A stretch of DNA of 64,000 bases from Lingula anatina (taxonomy: Eukaryota; Animalia; Brachiopoda), in the NCBI GenBank assembly GCA_051362555.1, contig CM120644.1, positions 18,560,534-18,624,533 on the forward strand. Reading direction: 5' to 3'. Position 1 is the first letter of the stretch. Each line of letters opens with the position of its first letter. Under the pieces are notes generated by a model, which did not search any database, had not been told where the DNA came from, and saw only the letters and a list, made by a program, of their open reading frames with translations. Shown here one piece after another: positions 37,410 to 50,549 of this stretch. The position numbers were made by a program, and so were the translations under genes.

Positions 37410-38904
37410 CCTTTATAAACACAGGTAAAAGGCAGAGAGAGAGAAAGGCCACAGATACCTAAAACACACACTGCCCTCTACATCAGAAACTGCATTACAT
37501 ACGTTCACAATATGCAGTCCTTCTTGGCCGCCGTTTGGTGGTTTTTTTCCTCTGCTTTTTGCATGTAAGTGCCGTATACCTAAAGCCTGTAGAGCTATGT
37601 GCCTATTATACATATACCGATATTGCATGCATGCCCTTCATACGATTTAAATTAGGTCAAATCAAGGCTGAAGTCAGCGTGGTGTATGAGGCAGAATAAT
37701 GGGCACTTGAGGTTATTTAACGAATCTAGATAACACTTGGGTTCTGATTAATATATATTTCTAGCAATTATCGATTGTATGGAAGAAATTAAGATTTTTG
37801 GCCTAGTTTCTAAACACCGTAAGTTTTGTCACCCAAATTCACTTGTCGCGTTCAAAAGAAACGCCTAGTTTTGGGCACATGACTGTTACAGTGTTTGTTC
37901 ATTCACTGATACGTTTATCAGTTTGCTAAGCCCTTCAAATTGCCCTCACACAAATCTTAGTAAATCATTGCTGTGGTGACAAAAATCGTGTTTGAATCAC
38001 TCATCGTTTCAAAGATCATTGGAAATGTATCAGTACAATACACTTAAACTGGTAACGACACATAACTGCTGAGAGCAGTAAAATCAGTAACTATAGTGAA
38101 CTCTGACACTAAGTGTGTACATGTGCTTGGACCAACCGAACTTCGAAATAAGAATTGATTCTTGTACGTGCCTCTCTCTAGGGTCCTGAGTATCCTCCCC
38201 TTTAAAAAGACAAAACGAGGCAATTAATTTATCAATTCTACATGAAACTACCAGTATATCTCATTTGTCAAAATAACATTGTCACTTCCAGGAACGTACC
38301 ACTACCTATATACATAGATGTCATATTTTACATACACACCAAAAGCGATTGCGTATATTAATAAAACTATATTGTATTTTTTTTCTCCATTTGTTTAGCC
38401 AGCATGGTATTTGTTAATAAAAACAAGTGTGCAGGATGCTCGATTGTCTCAATTGCGACAATAAATATAGGATAAAGCTGCGCCGGATGGTAATTATAAC
38501 GATTGTGGCTGGTGTGCGGACACAATGTGTAGCAATCAGGACCTGGCCGCCCCTTTACAGGCCAGCAGAAGTTCTATTTCTAAAAATAATGATTTTAATT
38601 TTAAGCTTTCTAATTCTTTTCTGATCCCAATCTAAATGAGCAATGCTCCTCTGAATCCAAGTACAGTGTAATTTCATTGAAAATATCAACCTTTTGTACT
38701 TTAAGCTAAACTGACATTTTAGTCTAAAAGCTAAAATCAACTTTTGGAGTATTATTAAATGTTTTGAAAAAGATTCCCCAAGGCTTCAAGACACCTTTAA
38801 TAAGTGTAGTCGACTTGATCCGTTTGAGAAAACAGTAGGTCTAATTAATGCGTTTATTCTTAATATCATTAATGGAATTTGAACTTGATTAATTGACAAT
38901 TGAT

Positions 38905-39270
38905 ATTATGGCGAAACTGGCGAAGAGGCCACAGTGATACCCAGGATCCAAGAATGTCGTAGACTACCAGGCAGAAATGGAAAACCAGGGATTGTGAAAG
39001 TTGCGTTCTGTAGAATAGAGGAGAAGATTGCAGTAGTGAGAAGGAAAACTAACGTCCGTTATAGTACAGACCCGAGAGTACGGAAGGTGTGGATCCGAGC
39101 AAGTAAATCCCATACTGAAAGGGTCATGGACAAAAATATGGAGTTTTTACTCAACTATATTCCTGGCGGAAATCGTTTTTATATCACAAATCACGGTATA
39201 ATCCGGGAGAAATCTGCAGAACAAATTAGACGCGACGAGGAAAAGGAGCGGATCAGAAATGGCACAAATC
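38905..39270 (+). mobile_element. Fragment of non-LTR retrotransposon ORF1 (RRM/CTD-type nucleic-acid-binding protein)
   Basis: Open frame CRRLPGRNGKPGIVKVAF...EKIAVVRRKTNVR...KVWIRASKSHTERVM resembles LINE ORF1 C-terminal regions. Intronless, no splice context, no adjacent ORF2. Confidence 0.65.
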
Positions 39271-39327
39271 CGAATCTGATATTACCAGTAAAGCGTCAAG
39301 GTCAGTTACATGTACCTGTACAGTACG

Positions 39328-39619
39328 CAGTGGCAGATGTAGAGGGGGGGGGGGGGGGGGGTCAGGGGGGTCCAGACTCCGTCCCCCTTCAATTTCTGGA
39401 AAAAAAACAACACACCAATGGTCCCCTCTTGAAATCAGAATTTTGAATAGCTGAATCAAAGTTCTAAACCGTACCAAATGATAGCCTACCGTTCTCCCTT
39501 TAAAATACCAAAATTTTTGGGGCCCTTCAGCGGGCCTCGAACTCCACGCCAAGAGGTGGGGGGAGGGGGGGCTTCGCATCTGCAGACCACCCCTTCAAAA
39601 AATCCTGGATCAGCCCCTG
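39328..39619. mobile_element. hAT-like MITE
   Basis: CAGTGGCAGAT...GGATCAGCCCCTG with the family core. Confidence 0.7.
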
Positions 39620-40122
39620 TGTATGTGACCAACGTTCACAATCACTGCCGTCTATCACATACTGTATGATAATTATTAAACCGACAGGTGAAGGTTAGAT
39701 TTTACATTTTTTTCTCATTTTAAAGCCCAGAAAAAAAAAACTGAATGTGCGCACACTTGGGAAACCAGTTTAATATAATACATTGTATAATATACATTCA
39801 GAAAAAAAGTTAAAGGATATACAATGTTTAAATAGCGAGAGAGAAATATTCACGTCGACAGGTATTGCAATTGGTAATCAAATAAAGCACGGTAATTAGT
39901 CACGACTCTTTTGCTTACAGGATCGTTTTTCACCATTTACCTGTGCTGACATTAAGTCAGCGTCACGCATTAAGTCTTTGTCTGGGCCTCCCCACCTGGC
40001 CACGAGAACGAGGCTCCATTATGTATACTTTCCCCTTAACCTGTCGCCATTTTGAATTTACCTGTGGATGCGAGAGGAATGTGGATTCGGTAAAGAGACG
40101 TTAAGACTTTGAAAAGAAAAAG

Positions 40123-43100
40123 ATGGAGTCCTTGCTCGGAAATTGTCGCTTCTCAGGAATGATCTCAGCTCTTCTAGCTTCACTTCTTCTGATCGTTCTC
40201 AGTGGAATAGACACAGGTGAGTAAGTAAACGGGTGTTAAAGGGCACAACGCTGAAGAAAATTCAAATTTAAAGGGGTTTAACGACCACTGTACCCGTAAT
40301 AAACAAGGTCTCTCGTGAAGGTGGGAGGGTTATAAAATGATAAGGCGGCCTGTATGGGCGTCGTAACCAGCACTAACATATCCTGGTATGATAGTTTTTT
40401 CGTAAAAAGTTAGATTTACCGATTTTAATACTTTACCCGAAGAAATCACAATGACACAATGCAGATGTGGTCATGTGCTTCAAAGCTTGGGTGCAGTAAA
40501 GTTTGCCCTTGTCTAAAACAAAATTTACAAGCTACAGTACAACGAGAGTTCGGAAACTTTGCAATTGACTTTATAAAGTAGCCCTTATATTTAATACGAG
40601 TTCTTTAGAACTCAAATGGACGTAAAAGGACACTTTAGGTGAGGGGGTTCTCATTTACGTAATTTTGCGGCAGTGATGTTTAAAAACTCCCGAACATTCG
40701 AACTCCCATTTCGATGTGTCTCATATTAAATTCATATAGAATAAAGAACTTTGATTTGACAGCCAAACATTACAATGCTAGGACCCATATTACAATGGAT
40801 CCAAGTCCAGCAGTATCGTTCTTTGTAAAAATGCTAGTAATGCACTAGGATAATGATGACTAATGGAGCTTTGGCCTGTCTTGAGGATTGGTCAGGTGAT
40901 TGGTATGTCCTCGCACTCGTTGTGTTCTCAACACAAACAAAGACGAGAGGTTTCGAAACATATATAATCTCAGTTTAAAAATTCGATGTGGGGCTTTATT
41001 ATATATGATATATATATATATATGCTTCATGTACGAGTGTCTTCTTGAAAAAGTGAAAAAAGTTGCCCTTTACAAGGAACGACACTTTCTACATGGGGTT
41101 AAAATAAATGAAGCTCTACATGTACATGCAGAGGTAAAAGTTACCCACCACAAGAAGGGCCCTGGCTATTTTCTTTCACCACTGGCTGAATCAAAACAAA
41201 TTGGAATGTTTTTTTTAAGATGTATAAGTAGGAAGTATAGAAAGCATATTTCATATTTCAACTGTAACACAAGCAAGTTTGTCAATATTGTGTTACATAC
41301 ACCCATATCGTATTTTTAAACTGAGGATTTATATGTTTTAATCATATCATAAAGAATAAAAGAATGCACGAAAACAATAAAGACAGGTTCCTTAATGTAA
41401 CTTTTACCCCCCTTTAATTGACCAAGCTTGACACATTTCACAGACCCCTAATCAAGTATTGACTCCAAGGGCATTTTTTCGGCTTTAAGGGGGGGGGGAG
41501 GGGGGCTCTGAATCCCCAATCCCGACCACAGGTCTGGTAACTGGCCATATTTCCAATACTCATTATAATACAGTCTATGAAATCTATCTTTAGGACGTAA
41601 AGTGCTCTATAAAGTCTATTTTAAGGACAGTTAACGTCTGAAGGTAAACGAAAAGGATGATAAGATAACACTTAACAGTGTTAGTTTGTTACTCCTTCAC
41701 TTCACCGTGGCTGGCAAGTTCTACCTATACAGTTATTTTCTGTAACCATCCATAGAGTTATTTTCTGACCCCCTCCCTTTTTTGAGACTAACTCCGGAGA
41801 GTAGACTGGTTGATCGTCCCCCCCCCCCCCCCCCCCCCCCGCCATCTCCCTACTACGTCATCCCCCCAGTGATGAAGTCCTACCCTCTGATATGAGGGGC
41901 TCATAAAATAGAATACTAAATTTCAGTATGAGAAAGAATAATTTTGTAACAGGCTACCGGCACGCCCTGTGGTCCGAAAGAAAAGAAGTACTAACTTTAA
42001 TATTTTTGTCTTTTAAACGTCAGAACAGGATGAATTATAACTTACATGTTGATATGAACAAGAACGTAATAAGACAATAAACGTCCTTGATATGAAGAAG
42101 AGTCACAGAGAGGCTATTTTCTCTGGATATCCACTCTACTACCTGTGCACATCTTTGCGTCGTGAATTCAGCGAGCATCTAAATCACAAAAACGACCACA
42201 TTACCTGGCTGATCTCTGATAGATAGAGAGGAGTGGAGAATTAAATGGACATTTAATTGCATTTCACCTGTTTGCGTCCCAGTGCTGAAAACAGGTTTAG
42301 TTTGAACTGGCACTTGACGTCCCCTTAAGAATTCGTCGAAAACTTTGTGAAGATCATTGACAGTTGTAAACGATAGAAGTGAGTTTGATATAGAGAGGAC
42401 AGGCAGAAACATAAGGGTGCACATATCATAAATAAATGATAAATATACATGTATTGCAGGTCGTGCTATAATCTAATATAAGTAAAAATAATTCTACCGT
42501 CACTGGTAGTACTTTTTATTCTTACACTTTGCTTAAACTTTTCAGCAATTTTTTTCTGGAACATAAATCTGCACGGGTGAAAGTGTTCACGATTATGCCT
42601 GATTGCAGGATTTTCAGTCTCCATTTTGATTCTTTTTATTTCAAAATAGCTATTAAATGCGATGAGGAATTGCAAGCTAGGTTTTCAGGATTTTCAGTTT
42701 TGACATCTTTCACCCATGTATCTTCGCGTAGGAATGCCGTCACTTTCGCCCGGGGCAGAGTATAACGAGTTTTGGTTAACTAAGCACAAAACGCTACTTA
42801 TGCACATACATATCATGAATTAATTACTCCCTTTGGCAAAATAGGAGTTTTTTTGTGTGTGTGTTCGAAAATGTTTTTTTTTTTTCATTTGGCGGAACAT
42901 CAACGGTGATAGTAAATGTTACAAACACTGGTAAAATTGTTGGACCAAGCTGGGGTCTGGGTTATAAGGCCAATGGGAGTGGAGGTTGATGTGACATATG
43001 AATGTAGAATGTGTCTTTTATATGTCACGCCCCTTCTTTTACAACTCGTGTCTATGCCAGTTTTAATCAGCCTCGGTTATTTCTTTCTAAGAACTAATTT

Positions 43101-46100
43101 TTTTCATTGGTCTTTCAGTTTTCAGTGGACTATATAACAAATATTTGTTAACAAAAATGGGATTTTTTTAGTTTGAAAAAATAAAAACATGACCCCTGCA
43201 GCTTCTTTCCACGTTGGACCTCGGTCACTGATTGAACGCTCTCGATATAACCTTCATTGATTATGTCTCATATGGCCCAAAAGTAGACATTTTCTTGAAG
43301 TTACTGCCTTGACAAGATCATTACTCAGCAGATGTTTCTTTTTATTTTTATTTTCAGTTTCGTCCCAAATTCAGATCAAATTTGATCCCCAGCGCGACTG
43401 CTACAACTACTACAATCTAAAGAACGAGAAACTGTACGGTGACAGGTGTGCGCAAGACCAAAAATGCTGCGGAACGTGTTACTACAGGTAGGCATGTCAG
43501 TTTCAGGGGCGGATCCAGAGCTATTTTCTGACCGTCTTCCAAATCATCTTTGTTGATCCATCCTCTATTTTTGACCGTCTTCCGACAGAAAAAAAATTAG
43601 ATACCCGTCTATGTTAACTAGAAAATCTGACCGTCTTCCAGAAGACGGCCTCAATCCTTAGTAGTTTTCGTCTTTGTTTTATATACAACACTGGGGACAG
43701 TCATTTCAAGGAATAAGGGCGCATTCCGAACAAAAGACTAGCAGATCTCTGATCAAAATAAGGCCGACCCACTTGAATGCTTGTTGCGTAATCCACGCAG
43801 GCAATCTGTTCAGTTTCTAAACGGGAATTGAGCGGCAAGGATTTGAGTGAGTCGTCACATTTGATCCGCAGATGTGTTAGTCAGCTGCCCTGAATGGGCT
43901 TTTAATTATCTTCTTCCTTCGCCATTGCAAGAAATGCCAGAGTGAGGACCCATCAAACTAAAAGATAAATCTTAGGTCTACGGAATATCATTGGCCATTA
44001 TAATGTTCTGATCTTTTTATTAAATAACCAATTAAAATTCTTTAAAATTTCGTGAAAATGCTTTGAATATTTTTGTTTCCAAGCGATGCAAAATATGCAA
44101 TACGAATGTAATTATCACATCTAATAAGGTTTTTGCAAAGTAAAATGAATTTGATGTTATTATCTCGTTTCAGATATTGTTGTAAGGAAGAATATGCAAG
44201 TTCAAAAGTCAACCAGCTTCTCTGCACTAACAATGACGTCGAGGGCACGTATGCCACTGAAATGTGAGTTCACTGTTATATGGTTTTGACTATTAATGTC
44301 TTTGTTTGTTCAATTGTTTGTTTATTCAATGCAGGTGAGCAAAGAAAAACAGTTAAAGCATGACAAATTTAACTAGAAAAGCACTCCGAGAGCGCAGACC
44401 TCCGCCAAGGCAGCAAATTTTAATTATTATTGTTTATTGATTGATTATTGATCCGGATCACCACCAAAAACTAACCATCTCTTCCTTGGTCCACTTCTGA
44501 CAGTTCCTGAAAATTGCATCAATTTCGGTCCATGACTTTTTGAGTTATGTTGATGACAGACAGGCAGACAAACAAACAGACAAGCAGGGGTGAAAACATA
44601 ACCTCCTTGGTGGAGCGAAAAATCAGACTTTTCAGATTTGTACTGATAGAGTTAAAATCGTGGAACTGGCTGTGTCCCTGCGTTTAAATCAAAACAATTA
44701 CCAAGCTGTATATTTTCTTTTTATATTGTTATACTCTCTATCTGTCATGTTCTTTTATTAAAACGTTCCTATCAACTTTCTCTCTCTCTCTCTCTCTAAC
44801 ATACACACACACACACATGCTCTCGCTCTCTCTCTCTGTTGTAAATGCAATTTCATGTTTCATTGGTGCGTGCTTTTTCATTTGCCTCGCTGCTTCTCCT
44901 TTTCCTGGAGAACCACAACCCATAACCAAAACCCTCTTCACTGACATTTTACAATTTCCAGGAGCGGTCGCAATTTTTCCACTATTTCCCTTTTTGCTAT
45001 TTCAACTACAGAAATGGTTAATGGGTCTATGTTTGCACAGCTTTTACCCTTGGTTCTTATGAAAAACACGCCCGGAAGTCTTGAACAGAAGTCTGCTCAT
45101 TCTATCATACTATTTGTGTACATTAACCCTTGTAATTAACTATTAAGCGAAGCCACGATGCGATTTATCTGAAAATACGGAAATCTTCATCGAAAACCCT
45201 GTTTCAGAAAATATCATATTTGACTGCGTTGTGCACTTATTTCCCCAATTAGCAATTTAAACCAAAACACAGTTTGGTTACTCAGATAATATGCCAAGCT
45301 GTCGTTGCGAAGTTAAAATGTTCAGTCAGAAATACATGGATAAGTTTGAACAAAGGCATTGTTTCGGTGTCTTAAATATACTTACAACTTCCCAGTCCGA
45401 AGCCAGCAATTTCACGAGGGGGGGGGATCTTTTTTCTGAAAGAGTGGAGCTTTTATCATAAAACCTTCGTGTACCGAGAACAATTTTTACCCAGAGTTGA
45501 GCTATTCCTCACAAAAAGAGCGGATCGCTCGAACCACCCTGGCTACGGATCTGCCAGTATTACTGTAATACAGATCCTGAAAGAAAGCGGGTCGTTGATT
45601 CTATTTTCTACGCCTATGAATTCTGTTTGCCTTTCCCTGAAAATCGTCATGGGTGTCTTAATTCACCTTTTTGTTTATCTTGGTAATATCAGTTATAAAG
45701 AAGTGGCTGAATTATTATGCCCACGTTTGTTTGTTTTGGTATATATAATTAAGGGAGGATTAATCCTGGGAGAAATTAAATTTAAGCGTTCTATGTCATG
45801 TGTTTTGGGAGTCAAATCAAATTCCACCTTTTAATTTAAAAATCGTATATAGTGAAACGGGACTCGGTGATTATGGGCTTATTTCAACAAAAGCGCTCAG
45901 TTCGTGGTAACAAAATCGTACTGAAAATTATTTGTTCGTTCAATTGCACAGCCTTTTTACATCCAGAAATGATTTGAAACGGATGATAACGCACCTATAG
46001 ACTTTTTTTTAAAAAAAAGGCCGTTTAGTGCTTTAGTTGTTCAGACAAGATTGTAGAAGTTTGACTACCAAATACAAAATACGAGAAAGTAGTTTGAAAA

Positions 46101-47178
46101 AGTGTAGTGTAGTTGCATATAAAAACTTGTTTTTTCATTCACGTGTGCGTGTTTCAGGAAACTAGAGTTTTTCAGTCTTAAAGAAACGCAATAAGAATTT
46201 GATAGTAAAATGGTATTTTATTTATTGCTCTTCCAAATATTTTCTGTGTTATCAAGGTGCGTTAAATCCATATTAACTTCATTGCTGTTCTGGGTATTCA
46301 GATATGACCGCCAAGCAAATGTTTTGGTTAAAGACTCATTTGATTATGAAAGACGACCCATTTCTTTTCGAACTGCAGATCTTTTTGTGGTATTCTACAA
46401 AAATTTTTTTTTTTTGGGGGGGGGGGGGGTAGAGGGGAGCAACGGCAACCGAATTTCTGGTTTCTCAGCCTTTGCACATGATGGTCATATTAGCTTCCGA
46501 ACAGCAATAAGTTAAATCTGATGCGAACGCACCTTGAAGATGAGGCTTTAAAGCCCAGAGAAGTGACTATCTTGACATTTCATATCCCAGCTTTGGTAAG
46601 GGGAAGTAGGCTATTATCGGTCCGCACGGGTCTGTCTAACTTTTTTAGGCTAACTTAGTTGGCTTTATTTAGCACGAAGAAGGAATTACATTAAATTCAA
46701 CTCATCATCATTTAAACAATGTAAGCCATAAATTCAGTTTTTGCTTCAAAATTGCGCTTTCACCATTTTTTGTTGAAATTCAGTGAGATGTCGCTTTGAG
46801 AAAAATACTAAACTCAGATTATGTGTGAGTTTTCAAATTGTTGCGTCAGATATTAACGCAAAGATTTAAGAAAAAAAAAAACAAACAAGAAAGTTCAATG
46901 CCAGACCCCGTCGACCGAGGTTTGCCTAATGTAACTCCTACCAAATTTTTAAACGAAAAATCAAAATGAACAAAAATAAACAGACCCTTGCGAACTTGTT
47001 ATAATAGCAGCGTCCTATTTTCCCTTCCAGGCCCCCGGGACTGGTGTATTTGACATACCAACAAATCGCCGCCATTATCGCCACTGCAGTTGTCGGACTA
47101 GCTGTTATCGTGACCTCGATTGTGCTAGTTGTGATGTGGCGGAAACGATCCGGTTGTTTCAACAGAGCAAAACCTTAA
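40123..47178 (+). CDS. Shisa-family type I membrane protein, isoform A (153 aa, short tail)
   Basis: join(40123..40216,43358..43487,44174..44263,47031..47178). Signal peptide (MISALLASLLLIVLSG), Shisa Cys pattern DC..RC..KCCGTCYYRYCC..VNQLLC, TM IAAIIATAVVGLAVIVTSIVLVVMW, tail RKRSGCFNRAKP*. Phases 1/2/2 compatible. Confidence 0.85.
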
Positions 47179-50098
47179 AGAGCATGCGCAGCTTAGCTAT
47201 GTGGCCTTTGACCTAACTTCGTGACCATCAGGAAACTTCGTAGTGAAAACAAAAACATCCAGTAGAGTCAGTGACTTCTATACATGTATAAATTAATGTA
47301 AATTTGTTTATCCAGGTAGATATCTAAATAACAAAGTTAAACTTTGTTGAAACTTACGGTATTTTTAAGGAGATTTTATTACTTTTATTAGATCTTTTAT
47401 CCAGGGTTTACAAAGTTTAAATTTGTTTTTTTTCCTGTTCATAAATGTACATTTGTATCAAAAAGTAATCACAAGATAGCAATAAGGAGAACAGTTTCAA
47501 ATTGCTTGATTTTAGCAAAATTGTCACTTGTAGGCCTTTGTATTTGTGCACACTCTTTGGGTTTTGTTTATTTGCTATATTTGTCGTGTTTTTTATTGAT
47601 ATTTTTTTGCTGTGTCTAATAGCAAAGACAACAAACCCACCGACGATTAGACCTCGAATCATTACATTCCAAAGCAAATAATTTTCTCTTTATACGTAAG
47701 GATGTAAGGAATAGTTTAATTCAGAAAGCAGCACAAAATATAAGAGCTTTTCTGTGCTTGAGAAAAACTTGTGCATAGTTATGTTATATATTTTCGTACA
47801 GTTTGTCTTTTTTAAAAAGAATTTGTTTAGGTTGGGTTAGGTGGCCAAAGATTGCAACTTAAAAGATGATTTGATCAAGCCACCAATTTCGTTAATCTCA
47901 GCACGTACAACCTGTAAACAAAACATAAAATTATAACCTTTTACGCGAAGTTTTGTACAAAAGGAAGTTAATTGATATTAAAAACTGGTCAATGAGCGTA
48001 TTCTGTGCTCCGCTCGGAAGTTTGATATGTATATACACCTTAAAATGTAGTCGTGGTTCGTTTGCATTTCATTTGTTTGTTTTTAAGATAACTTTTATAG
48101 TTGCAAGAATAATGGTTATATAATAATCATTCTTATCTGTTTCTCACAGAAATATAATGAAAGTAGATATAGTGAAAGTCGATATATTGTAGGCTGGCAA
48201 TACTGTTATGAATCTTATGTCATCACCAGTGTTCTTGAAATGCTTTTCATCCATCAAATTCACAGTCACGGTCAATGTTTAAGGCCAATTTAATGGGCAT
48301 TTAATAGGCTATGAAACTGTATAAAATACGATTTCTTAAAGACAGCTGTTTGAAAAAATACTTTTGTGATGCTGTATTAGAATCTGTTCATTTCCATTTA
48401 AGATATGAAATTGTTTGCATAATAATTTGCACATTATGTTTGGAGTAATTATGTTGCTGGACTAGAATTATTTTCATTTTCCTGTGGATTATTTTTTAAA
48501 AATATAATTTCAAATTGGGCAAGAGGAAATCTTTTCCTGTGACATCTAAAGCCTGAAGTTAAATTACTGTTTATTTGATATGCCTATTGTTTTTCATGTT
48601 TTACAGTTTTCTTTTTACATCCTGCTTATTTTTTCGTGTCGACAAGTGTATATACCAATCATAGATCAAGTATATTAAAAATATTTTTCTAATTGTACAA
48701 ATAATTAGTTTACATGAAAATGGACTGAGGGATCTGCTATTTTATTATCTATTGTTTACATACACAATTGCCAAATACTGTTTTTCTTTTAAGTGTTGGA
48801 GTCAATATAAATGTGTTAATGAAGTTGTCTTGTTTGTGACCTTTTAAACCTTTGTTTCTTCACTAACTGTTTTATTCATTGATAAAGTTTAGATAGAGAC
48901 TTTTAGTTTGTATTTCTTGTTTGATATCAACCCTAGATATATATAATCTCAGCGCGGGACTCTTTTTATCACGGTATGGTTGGTATGGCAACCACTGGCA
49001 ATGGTGACCATACGGAATTCATTGTGACTTAGGCAGTTAAGCTTATGATAAAAATGAGAACAATAAATATAAAGTATGGAACTTACGAAAGAGTAGTTTA
49101 ATTCTCACTATGAATGTTAGTGCGAGTTGTTAAACGCAAGCGCGAGGGATAATTACGTCCCCCTTTTTCGTTGGTGTGAACGTTAGAATAATCCCCGAAT
49201 TCTAGTAATTATACCATTCCCCACGTCTTTGTTTCATGCTCACACGCTCTTGCTGACAAAATCTTCGATTGTTCAGTCACACCCACACGAATCCTACTCT
49301 CTGACCACAAAGTGTGCTAGTAGCCTGTTACAAAATCATTGTTCCCCTGATACTTAACTTGTATAAGCCCCTGATACCAGAAGGCATCAAATGCCTAGGT
49401 GTTCACCAGATTTTTTTTCCCCTTTTTTTCGGCGACGGAGACCTTTTTTACATCAAGCGGTGCAGTTAAGTTAAGCAACTGTACCGGTACACTTTGAGAC
49501 GTCCTAACATGTAAGGCTGCATTCACAAGAACTTACTAGTCCCCATATCAAATATGGCCGACCCACTTGACTGCTTGTTGCGTTATCCCCTTGGGGGGTC
49601 TATTCAGTGTCTTTTAGGCAAGCTTTTGAATGGGTCGCCATATTTGATCCGTGGACTAGTTAGTCCGTTGTTTTGAATGCGGCCTAATTTCGGTATAGTG
49701 GCTTTTACTCACTTCCACATATGGGCGTTGTGTTGTTAAGTTATTTGTCTTGTCGTGTCGAGCGCGTGGGTTGAGGCCAGACAGCCATTTACATAATGAC
49801 CAGATTGGAAGGTCTGTCTCTCAAAGACTCAAAGTGTAAGAACTCAGTACAGGTTGTGAAAAGTTCTTCAATCTGTGAATCTTGACTTGTTTGTTCTGAA
49901 TTCCCACTATTTCCCGCTGCACGTAAACACTGATGACCCTTTTAAACAGACTCACCGTGCTGTTTGCAATAAGATTGTCGGTATCATGATATTGGACATT
50001 TATGTACATTCATAATTCTACTCCAAATGCTTGAAGAAATTTGCATGAGATATCTTTGATAATTCTCTTCACCTTTTCAGTACTCCTGTCGCTTTTAG

Positions 50099-50141
<43 letters not shown>

Positions 50142-50549
50142 CATGATGACAATGTCTTTTCACGAGAGTGAATTAAAGAAAATATCCAAAATAGTAAAAA
50201 TCCTAGAATACATTGGTCTAGATTTCTGACTTTTCCTTGCATGGTCTATGACAGCGCCTCCTATAGTTTAGCACCGTCCTCCCTGTTTGTGTTTTTCAGG
50301 CCCCCAATCATTAACGTTCCGGGCCTCCTTGCGGCAGTCCTTGTTATAGTACCACTCCTGGTGACTGGAATCGTGATTCTGGTGTGCTACAAGAAAAAAG
50401 TCTTCTGCTTCAAAGGACGAAAATACCAGCCCCCGGGAGCACCCGTTGAGACGGTCCACAAGGAAAAAGAGCCGCTCCCTGAGGACGACGATGATGAAGA
50501 TGCGCACGCCAAGGCACATCTAAAACGGGAAGAAGACAGTACGGTGTGA
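40123..50549 (+). CDS. Shisa-family type I membrane protein, isoform B (187 aa, acidic tail, C-terminal PDZ-binding motif)
   Basis: join(40123..40216,43358..43487,44174..44263,50300..50549). Acceptor GTTTTTCAG in phase 2, TM LLAAVLVIVPLLVTGIVILVCY, tail KKKVFCFKGRKYQPPG...EDDDDED...REEDSTV*. Confidence 0.82.
43717..43900. mobile_element. Degenerate Tourist-like MITE (7249 family)
   Basis: GGGCGCATTC..GATCAAAATAAGGCCGACCCACT / AGTGAGTCGTCACATTTGATCC..TGAATGGGC arms. Confidence 0.65.
44371..44615. mobile_element. Helentron-associated non-autonomous element (HINE/DINE-1-like)
   Basis: AACTAGAAAAGCACTCCGAGAGCGCAGACCTCCGCCAAGG start, (ACAG/ACAA)n microsatellite, and subterminal inverted repeat CCTTGGTGGAG complementary to CTCCGCCAAGG. 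Confidence 0.7.
49515..49684. mobile_element. Tourist-like MITE (7249 family), TAA target duplication
   Basis: TAA|GGCTGCATTCACAAGAAC...GTTGTTTTGAATGCGGCC|TAA. Confidence 0.8.

Noticed and set aside
38934-39446. 170-aa ORF as a host gene
   Set aside because: N-terminal part looks like a LINE ORF1 fragment and the C-terminal part reads into a MITE; no ATG or splice context.
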